A DNA stretch of 37,961 nt from Flavobacterium sp. (lineage in GTDB: Bacteria; Bacteroidota; Bacteroidia; Flavobacteriales; Flavobacteriaceae): positions 1-37,961 of the forward strand of contig SEBM01000001.1 of assembly GCA_004296145.1 (NCBI GenBank). Reading direction: 5' to 3'. Position 1 is the stretch's first letter; each line of letters opens with the position of its first letter. Shown one piece after another: positions 1 through 7,740 of the stretch. A program made the position numbers and the translations under genes. The notes beneath the pieces were generated by a model. That model did no database searches, was not told where the DNA came from, and was given only the letters and a program-made list of their open reading frames with translations.

Positions 1-322
1 GCTGATAACATATAAGATTTTTTGCATTTCAAGGTACAATTTTCTATAGCAGCACACTAATTTATTGTAAATAAAATTGTATGCCATCAATGCCTGCCCG
101 CCAAGGGTTTGCTTAAGTCCTTAACCTTAAAAAAAGGCGAAGGCAGCACATAAACCGCTATCGATCCTACAAAAACCCTCATCATTGTACTTAATGAGGT
201 AAAAATGCGCTTAGCCAAATAGGCCAGCTGTGTTAAGTTGGCAAATAATGAGAATCAATGATAATCCGTGGCCTAAAGCTGAATTAACAAATGATCCATA
301 AGGCAATGGCTTCTACCACCTT

Positions 323-353
323 AAAAAAAGGCACCTGAATTTCTTCAGGTACC
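323..353 (-). terminator. Intrinsic terminator on the minus strand
   Basis: Minus strand reads GGTACCTGAA-GAAA-TTCAGGTGCC-TTTTTTT: 10-bp stem (one G-U pair), GAAA loop, 7-T tail. Confidence 0.75.
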
Positions 354-744
354 TATCTTCATCATCACAACAGGGTAGATTCTTTTTGCTGCCGAATCTC
401 AGTTTTTTTAATACGCAAAGCCTCCACCTAGAGACCGACTATTAACCCTAATATCTACCTTCTAAAGGCCTAGCTTAGCGAAAGTCTAAGCGCAACAACT
501 ACTGTTGGGCAACCTAAACCGCTATTGTTTAGTGAAATATAGTGCCAAACCCAAAAGATGCTTAATTTTGGTTAAATGGCATAGTGCTCAGTAGCTGTAC
601 GGCAAGAAAATGCCGTTTATGTAGAACTACCTACACGCTTTATTGAGCAATAGTTAAGGGCAATTTATTATTTAAAGTTTAAGGCTTTTGTAAGGCTAGT
701 TGCCTTGAAAAATATCATCAACGAAATTCGCAAATCCAACACCC

Positions 745-1164
745 TCAATTGTTATGCGGCAAGCAGGTCCAGGTAACGGCACCAACAATGTCTATTTCCT
801 TGCCAGTTATATTCAGGCAAGCTTCAAAATTATTATTTAAGCATAAAAGGGTTTGGCTGCCGCGGATACAGAGCTTGCGGGTTAACCATTCTCCATCAAC
901 ACAACAGACAATGATGCTGCCAGAGCGCACAACTGCGGTTTTATCAACTACGATGATGGAACCCTTGTAAATCCCGAAAAAGCGCATTTGGTCATCATCC
1001 GCTTCGAAATAGAAGGTATTAACAGGATCTTTAACGATTCGCTGCGCAATGTGCAAACGTTTTTGCGCATAGTCTTCGGCAGGACTTACAAAGCCCGAGA
1101 CCTTGCCAGGGTCTGCTAGGGTGTCGATAAATTCATTTCTGGGGATTTCTATCTCGCGTATCAT
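745..1164 (-). CDS. umuD: UmuD/LexA-type S24 family protein (UmuD-like, catalytic residues apparently substituted)
   Basis: SGFVSPAEDY resembles the UmuD cleavage region CGFPSPAADY; later TFYF..., GSIIVVDK and IVGAVTW segments fit the S24 fold. ATG at 1164 is preferred over TTG at 1170. Confidence 0.8.
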   Translation of the reverse strand: MIREIEIPRNEFIDTLADPGKVSGFVSPAEDYAQKRLHIAQRIVKDPVNTFYFEADDDQMRFFGIYKGSIIVVDKTAVVRSGSIIVCCVDGEWLTRKLCIRGSQTLLCLNNNFEACLNITGKEIDIVGAVTWTCLPHNN

Positions 1165-1186
1165 AACCAAATATTTTTTACAATAA

Positions 1187-1203
1187 TACTAAAAATATTA
1201 GTA
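1187..1203. promoter_or_regulatory. Palindrome TACTAA-N5-TTAGTA, candidate Bacteroidota SOS box
   Basis: Perfect 6-bp inverted repeat with a 5-bp spacer, 23-39 bp upstream of the umuD-like ATG; contains the CTAA-N5-TTAG motif described for Bacteroidetes SOS regulons. Confidence 0.7.
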
Positions 1204-1377
1204 AAATATTTGTGATTACTTAGTCACAAAATGTTGATTACTCTGTTAAAGTACAAGTACAGTCAAACCAGTTTTGAGCTTTCGAAATCGCGATTTATCT
1301 GGAAATCACCAAATACGGTTTCCCGTAATGAATTTTAGAATCTTACTGTTAACTTGGAAAATCTAATTATCATTAAA

Positions 1378-1467
1378 ATGAAAACTAAATATGCTTCTCT
1401 GTTTTTCATTGTTTTATTTGCAATGATGTCAGTCGGTAATTGGCAATACAGTAATCTATCAACTTAA
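1378..1467 (+). CDS. Small hydrophobic ORF (29 aa, MKTKYASLFFIVLFAMMSVGNWQYSNLST); signal-peptide-like peptide or gene remnant
   Basis: Translated by hand. AT-rich leader before the ATG; basic N-terminus followed by a hydrophobic core. Confidence 0.3.
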   Translation: MKTKYASLFFIVLFAMMSVGNWQYSNLST

Positions 1468-1694
1468 CAAGTAGTCGATGCCATGTCTTAAATCTTTTAT
1501 TAAGTGTTAAAAAATAAAACTGCCAGCGTTTTGCAGTAAATAATAATTTATTTTTTTGGTTATCTTACGGCTTTAAGAATCAATTATCTTGATAAATCTA
1601 GTTGTTTAAATGTCAGTTGCTTACGAAAATATATAAACAGGTTAAACTAGATTTTTAGCAATAATCGTCGTAAAAAGTAAATATTACCCTATTA

Positions 1695-3170
1695 ATGAAA
1701 TTAACAATAGCTCAATTAGAACAATACTTATCAAAAGCCGCATGGATCCTTAAAGGTCCAGTAGATGCTTCTGATTTTAAGGTTTACATATTTCCATTGC
1801 TCTTTTTTAAACGTCTTTCTGATGTTTACGATGAAGAATACCAGCAAGCACTTGCAGAATCGAATGGGGATTTAGAATATGCTTTATTACCAGAGTTTCA
1901 TCGTTTTGAAATACCTGAAGGATGCCACTGGAATAATATAAGGGAAACGACAACAAATGTCGGTCTAGCGATAGAACAAGCCTTTCGTGGGATTGAGCAG
2001 GCTAACCAAGAATTACTTTATGGTATCTTCGGAGATGCTCAATGGAGTAATAAAAACAAGCTGTCTGATAGGTTATTGATTGATTTAATTGAACATTTCT
2101 CTCAATACAATTTATCTAATTCTTTAGTAGATGCGGACATCTTAGGGCAGGCTTACGAATATTTAATTAAGCACTTTGCAGATTTAACGAATAAAAAAGC
2201 TGGTGAATTTTATACACCCCGATCTGTTGTTCACTTATTAGGGCTGATACTCGACCCACATGAAGGCGAAAGTGTTTATGATCCTGCCTGCGGCACAGGT
2301 GGTATGCTTTTAGAATGTGTTAATCATTTACAGGAAAGTAATGAAGATTATAGAACATTAACTTTATATGGACAAGAAAAGAACTTGACATCTAGCTCTA
2401 TTGCAAGGATGAATATGTTTCTGCATGGTATCGAAGATTTTAATATTGTACGTGGAGATACACTTCGTAATCCCGCATTTTTTGTAGCAGATGGCTTAAA
2501 AACGTTTGATTGTGTGATTGCGAATCCTCCTTTCTCTTTAGATGACTGGGGAAGTGAGAATTGGGTTAATGACCCTTATGGAAGAAATATAGCTGGCGTA
2601 CCACCCAAAGGTAATGGTGATATGGCTTGGGTGCAACACATGATTAAATCCATGAATAGTACTGGACGTATGACAGTTGTTTTGCCACATGGTGCACTAT
2701 TTAGAAAAGGAGCCGAAGGAAAAATCCGTGAAGAATTATTGAAACAAGACTTATTGGAAGCAGTAATTGGACTAGGCCCAAATATTTTCTATGGAACACA
2801 GTTAGCAGCTTGTGTTATGGTTTTTAAACAAAACAAATCTGCTGAGAAAAAAGGAAAAGTATTATTCATAGACGGCTCTCAACAAGTAAGAGTTGGAAGA
2901 GCTCAAAATTTTCTAGAACCACACCACGTAAATCAATTATTTGACTGGTATACTAATTTTAATGAGGTAGAAAACTATACCAAAATAGCCTCATTAGAAG
3001 ATATTGCAGAAAATGACTATAACCTAAATATTCCACTTTACGTAGAAAAAATAATAGAAGACAATTTACCATCTGTTGAAGTTGCTTTAGCAGATTTAAA
3101 AACCGCTTGGAATGAAAGTTTAGAAGCAGAAGAAAAGTTTAAAAAAATATTAAATCAATTTATAAATTAA
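1695..3170 (+). CDS. hsdM: Type I R-M methyltransferase subunit M1 (NPPF, predicted m6A)
   Basis: GEFYTP, motif I DPACGTGG, motif IV NPPF, VLPHGALFR, LEAVIGL and YNLNIPLY motifs. Confidence 0.95.
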   Translation: MKLTIAQLEQYLSKAAWILKGPVDASDFKVYIFPLLFFKRLSDVYDEEYQQALAESNGDLEYALLPEFHRFEIPEGCHWNNIRETTTNVGLAIEQAFRGIEQANQELLYGIFGDAQWSNKNKLSDRLLIDLIEHFSQYNLSNSLVDADILGQAYEYLIKHFADLTNKKAGEFYTPRSVVHLLGLILDPHEGESVYDPACGTGGMLLECVNHLQESNEDYRTLTLYGQEKNLTSSSIARMNMFLHGIEDFNIVRGDTLRNPAFFVADGLKTFDCVIANPPFSLDDWGSENWVNDPYGRNIAGVPPKGNGDMAWVQHMIKSMNSTGRMTVVLPHGALFRKGAEGKIREELLKQDLLEAVIGLGPNIFYGTQLAACVMVFKQNKSAEKKGKVLFIDGSQQVRVGRAQNFLEPHHVNQLFDWYTNFNEVENYTKIASLEDIAENDYNLNIPLYVEKIIEDNLPSVEVALADLKTAWNESLEAEEKFKKILNQFIN

Positions 3171-3176
3171 CGCAAC

Positions 3177-5000
3177 ATGGCTTACGAAAAACCAATCTCA
3201 ATTAAAGATGCAATAAAATCTATACAAGAGCAAGAATTTATCCTACCTGCAATACAAAGAGAGTTTGTTTGGAATACTACTCAAATTGAGATACTTTTTG
3301 ACTCTATTTTAAGAGACTACCCAATTAGTACTTTCTTGTTTTGGAAAGTTAAGGCTGAAAATGTACAGAAATTTAAGTTCTACAGATTTTTACCGTATTA
3401 CCATCAAAGAGACAAAAAACATAATGAGTTAGCAGAATTATCAGGGGATAAAGATAGATTAGCAGTTCTCGACGGTCAGCAAAGATTGACTTCTTTATAT
3501 CTTGGTCTTAAAGGTAGTTATGCTTATAAGCTTAACAAGTATGGGTGGAAAAGTGATCATGCATTCCCGAAACGTCAGTTATATATTAATTTACTGGAAG
3601 AGGCTGATGGAAATGAAAAACTTTATGATTTCAGGTTCCTCTCAAAAGAAGAATTGGACCATTTATCACAAAAATTTCCAGAGAGATATCATTGGTTTAA
3701 AGTCGGTGATATTTTAGATTTTAATGATTTTCCAGACATATTCTCCTATATAAGCAATAATGGTTTGATGGATACTTCAAAGTTTTCACAATTGCAGGCA
3801 AAATTCGCTTCCGATACACTGGCAAAACTTTTTCAGTGTTTTACTCAAAAAGAATTAATCAACTTTTACTTAGAGAAATCAGAAGAGCTAGATAAGGTGC
3901 TACACATTTTTATTCGAGTAAACAGTGGTGGTACAAAATTGAGCTACTCCGATTTATTACTTTCTATCGCTACTGCGCAATGGAAAGATAAGGATGCAAG
4001 AGAGATCATTCATGGATTTGTAGATAATATAAATAAAATCAACCCTGGATTTAATGTTCATAAAGATTTAGTACTTAAAGCTTGCTTAGTATTGTCAGAT
4101 ATAAATGATATTAAATTCAAAGTTGATAATTTCTCAACTGAAAATATGGCTTTGATAGAACGAGAGTGGGATAACATTTCTGCTGCCTTATATAACACGG
4201 TTCATCTAATTGCATCTTTTGGTTTCAATGACAAAACATTAACAGCTTACAATGCAATTATACCTATTGCTTATTTTTTAAATAAGAATAAAATAGGTGA
4301 TGAAATTTTAAGTAGTTCATCACAAAGTGAAAACAGGAAACTTATCAAAGAGTGGCTATTACGTGCATTGCTTAAGAAGGTATTCGGGGGTTCTCCTGAT
4401 AATCTATATCCAACTTATAGGGATATCATTTCCCAAAATTTAGGACTATTTCCGTTAAGCCAGCTTCGAGAAAAATACAGAAATTCTAATAAATCTTTAA
4501 GTTTTAACGAAGAGGCAATTGACAATTTATTGAATACCCAGTATGGAAGTGCATTTGCATTTATGGTTTTGAGCTTGATTTACCCTTTAAATCATCATTA
4601 CATTTTCCATCAAGATCATATCCACCCTAAAAAGCTATTCACCGATAAAGAGCTTACTTTATTAGGCATGACTGATGAAAACGTGAGAAAAGATTACAAA
4701 AACTCCTTTAATAGCATTGGCAATCTTCAATTAATACAAGAGACTGAAAATTTAGAAAAAAATGCCACGCCATTTAAAACTTGGGTAGAAGGTAGCTATA
4801 AAGATGATGCTCTAGCCAATTACAAAAATCTTCACCTTATACCCATCGATAATGATTTAACGATGGATACTTATTTAGATTTTTATCAAAAAAGAAGAAA
4901 TATATTGAAAGCAAAACTGATGAATTTGGTAGATGTGAAAAATAGTGTCGCCGAAGAATTTTCAGTGGAAGATGAAGTAGAGATAGAAACAATAGACTAA
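3177..5000 (+). CDS. GmrSD-like DUF262 + C-terminal HNH (DUF1524-like) protein, putative Type IV restriction enzyme
   Basis: DUF262 motifs PAIQREFVW, DGQQRLTS and FIRVNSGGTKL; C-terminal DHIHP...GNL...EN HNH-type motif. Confidence 0.85.
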   Translation: MAYEKPISIKDAIKSIQEQEFILPAIQREFVWNTTQIEILFDSILRDYPISTFLFWKVKAENVQKFKFYRFLPYYHQRDKKHNELAELSGDKDRLAVLDGQQRLTSLYLGLKGSYAYKLNKYGWKSDHAFPKRQLYINLLEEADGNEKLYDFRFLSKEELDHLSQKFPERYHWFKVGDILDFNDFPDIFSYISNNGLMDTSKFSQLQAKFASDTLAKLFQCFTQKELINFYLEKSEELDKVLHIFIRVNSGGTKLSYSDLLLSIATAQWKDKDAREIIHGFVDNINKINPGFNVHKDLVLKACLVLSDINDIKFKVDNFSTENMALIEREWDNISAALYNTVHLIASFGFNDKTLTAYNAIIPIAYFLNKNKIGDEILSSSSQSENRKLIKEWLLRALLKKVFGGSPDNLYPTYRDIISQNLGLFPLSQLREKYRNSNKSLSFNEEAIDNLLNTQYGSAFAFMVLSLIYPLNHHYIFHQDHIHPKKLFTDKELTLLGMTDENVRKDYKNSFNSIGNLQLIQETENLEKNATPFKTWVEGSYKDDALANYKNLHLIPIDNDLTMDTYLDFYQKRRNILKAKLMNLVDVKNSVAEEFSVEDEVEIETID

Positions 5001-5001
5001 A

Positions 5002-6459
5002 ATGACCCAACAACAATTAGAAAAATATCTCTGGGGTGCTGCAAAAGTATTACGTGGTACCATTGATGCCGGAGATTATAAACAATACATTTTCCCACTT
5101 TTGTTTTTTAAACGAATATGCGACGTGTATGATGAAGAGTTTGTAAAAGCATTACATGAAAGTAATGGTGATTTGGAATATGCAGCTTTTGCTGAACACC
5201 ATCATTTTATAGTTCCAAAAGAAGCCCATTGGGACACGGCAAGAGAAACCACCACCAATGTGGGTATTGCCATACAAAACTCGATGCGTGAAATTGAAAA
5301 GGCCAACCCTGACACGCTTTATGGTATTTTTGGTGATGCTAGCTGGACAAATAAAGACCGACTTTCTGATGCTACACTCATTAATTTGATTGAACACTTC
5401 TCACAGCATAAACTTAATCTAAGTACAGTTGCCGATGATAAATTGGGCAATGCTTATGAGTATTTGATCAAAGAATTTGCAGATGATAGCGGGCACACTG
5501 CTGCAGAGTTCTATACCAACCGTACAGTGGTAAAATTGATGACTATGATCATGGATCCACAGCCCGGAGAAAGCGTGTATGACCCTACCTGCGGCTCAGG
5601 CGGATTACTATTAAACTGTGCCTTGCATCTGAGAGATGAAGGCAAGGAATACCGCACTTTGAAATTATACGGACAAGAAATAAATTTGATTACCTCTGCC
5701 ATTGCCCGTATGAATATGTTTATGCATGGCATTGAAGAGTTTAGCATTGTACGTGGAGACACTTTAGCACAACCAGCTTTTTTAGAAAACGATACACTCA
5801 AAAAGTTCAATGTAATTTTAGCCAATCCACCTTATTCTATCAAAGCTTGGGACCGTAAAGGATTTGAAAATGACCCTTACGGCAGAAATATTTGGGGTAC
5901 ACCGCCACAAGGTTGTGCAGATTATGCGTTTCAGCAACACATCCACAAAAGCTTAGATAATAAAAATGGCCGCTACGCAATACTTTGGCCTCATGGGATT
6001 TTATTTCGAGACATGGAAGCAGAAATGAGAAGAAAGATGATTTCCGAAGACCAGATTGAAGCTGTAATCGGTCTAGGTGCAAATCTTTTTTACAACTCTC
6101 CAATGGAAGCTATGATTTTGGTTGGAAACACAAATAAGCCTAAAGATAGAAAAGGAAAGGTCCTGTTTGTTAACGGTAAGCATGATGTTATTGATAATAA
6201 AGGCTTAGCATACCTAACTAAAGAGCATATCAATAAACTTTATTCTACATTTAAAGGATTCAAAGACATACCTCACTATGCAAATGTTGCTACCCTTGAA
6301 GAAATTTTAGAATTTGATGGAAATATGAATATCAACTTTTATGTAAAAGTTGATAAAGGAGAAGAAGCAATCTCTTTTGAAGAAGCATATAACAATTGGA
6401 ATACTTCAAGTGAAAAATTGAAACATTCGATGACTAATCTGTTTGAAGTATTAAAATAA
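5002..6459 (+). CDS. hsdM: Type I R-M methyltransferase subunit M2 (NPPY, predicted m4C)
   Basis: Paralog of 1695-3170 (YIFPLLFFKR, RETTTNVG, IARMNMF shared); DPTCGSGG and NPPY motifs. Confidence 0.95.
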   Translation: MTQQQLEKYLWGAAKVLRGTIDAGDYKQYIFPLLFFKRICDVYDEEFVKALHESNGDLEYAAFAEHHHFIVPKEAHWDTARETTTNVGIAIQNSMREIEKANPDTLYGIFGDASWTNKDRLSDATLINLIEHFSQHKLNLSTVADDKLGNAYEYLIKEFADDSGHTAAEFYTNRTVVKLMTMIMDPQPGESVYDPTCGSGGLLLNCALHLRDEGKEYRTLKLYGQEINLITSAIARMNMFMHGIEEFSIVRGDTLAQPAFLENDTLKKFNVILANPPYSIKAWDRKGFENDPYGRNIWGTPPQGCADYAFQQHIHKSLDNKNGRYAILWPHGILFRDMEAEMRRKMISEDQIEAVIGLGANLFYNSPMEAMILVGNTNKPKDRKGKVLFVNGKHDVIDNKGLAYLTKEHINKLYSTFKGFKDIPHYANVATLEEILEFDGNMNINFYVKVDKGEEAISFEEAYNNWNTSSEKLKHSMTNLFEVLK

Positions 6460-7730
6460 TGGAAGATATATTAGAAAGTACTATTCAGTCATTTAAACTT
6501 GACAAAAGTAATTGGACTAAAGTTAAATTTGGATCAGTTGCTATACAACAAAAAAAATCAGTTGATAGAGAAAAAACGGATTTGACTTTCTATGTTAAAG
6601 GAGAACATATGGGTTCTCAAGATTTACATCTGCGTGAATGGGGAGAATTGAAAGATGAGTACCTAGGGCCAGCATTTATAAGATATTTTGAAAAAGACGA
6701 TATACTTTATGGTTCAAGAAGAACTTATTTAAGAAAAGTTGTTATAGCCCCATTTGAAGGTATTACATCAAATACAACATTAGTAATAAAGGCAAATGAA
6801 AAAATTATTGATAAGCTTTTTTTACCTTTTGTAATGATGTCAGAAGGTTTTACAGACCATTCAATAAAGAACTCAAAAGGTTCTGTTAATCCATACATAA
6901 ATTGGAAAGACCTTGCAAACTATGAATTCCTCCTGCCGCCCAAGGAAGAACAACGCCGTTTAGCAGAATTACTTTGGACATTAGATGAAGTAATTGAAAA
7001 GGAGAAATTCTTGAAAAGACAGGCTAATATGCAGTATGAAGTTGCAAAAAGTAGATTAGTATTAGAAGGTTTTAAAAATGAAACCACATTCAATAACTTA
7101 ATTAAAAGTGAAGTAGCGAATGGATGGAAGGTTACTACAGTTGGCAAGTTATTGTCTGAAAAGTACATTATGAAAATTCAAGATGGCAACCATGGCGAGC
7201 TTCATCCAAAATCGTCAGATTATGTTCCTATTGGAATACCATTTATAATGGCCAATACTTTAGTAGATGGAATCATTGATTTAGAGAAATCTATGAAGCT
7301 TCCAGAAGATATTACAAATAAATTGAGAATTGGATTTTCTTATTCAGGAGATGTATTGTTAAGCCATAAGGGAACAGTAGGTCAAGTTGCACTGGTCCCT
7401 GATAAAATTGAATATCCATATTTGATGCTCACTCCTCAAGTAACTTTCTATAGAACAAACCCTGAAAAACTATTAAACAAGTTTTTATATTACGTCTTTA
7501 ATGCTAAATATTTCCAAAATCAAATTACAAGATTAAGCTCACAATCAACAAGAGCCTATGTTGGCATCACCTCCCAAAGAGATTTTAAATTAGCAATTCC
7601 CAATTCAATTGCCGAACAGATTGAAATTGTAAACATTTTGAGCTTAATAGAAAATAATCGAAAAGATATAGATCAAAAAATCTTCACTTCCCAATCCCTT
7701 CAAAAAAGTCTCATCAACCAAATATTTTAA
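6459..7730 (+). CDS. hsdS: Type I R-M specificity subunit
   Basis: Two TRDs, each followed by a conserved P...EQ..I/L helix (PPKEEQRRLAELL; PNSIAEQIEIVNIL); 1-bp overlap with hsdM2. Confidence 0.92.
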   Translation: MEDILESTIQSFKLDKSNWTKVKFGSVAIQQKKSVDREKTDLTFYVKGEHMGSQDLHLREWGELKDEYLGPAFIRYFEKDDILYGSRRTYLRKVVIAPFEGITSNTTLVIKANEKIIDKLFLPFVMMSEGFTDHSIKNSKGSVNPYINWKDLANYEFLLPPKEEQRRLAELLWTLDEVIEKEKFLKRQANMQYEVAKSRLVLEGFKNETTFNNLIKSEVANGWKVTTVGKLLSEKYIMKIQDGNHGELHPKSSDYVPIGIPFIMANTLVDGIIDLEKSMKLPEDITNKLRIGFSYSGDVLLSHKGTVGQVALVPDKIEYPYLMLTPQVTFYRTNPEKLLNKFLYYVFNAKYFQNQITRLSSQSTRAYVGITSQRDFKLAIPNSIAEQIEIVNILSLIENNRKDIDQKIFTSQSLQKSLINQIF

Positions 7731-7740
7731 TTAATAAATC

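Noticed and set aside
124-332. Exact 15-bp direct repeat ACCTTAAAAAAAGGC at 124-138 and 318-332
   Set aside because: Half is an A-run, only two copies, and nothing mobile lies between them; not enough to call att sites or a target duplication.
533-549. Minus-strand TTGGCACTATATTTC resembling a sigma-54 -24/-12 promoter
   Set aside because: The -12 element lacks TTGC; too weak to call.
749-970. 73-aa plus-strand ORF
   Set aside because: Antisense shadow of the umuD-like gene; no motifs.
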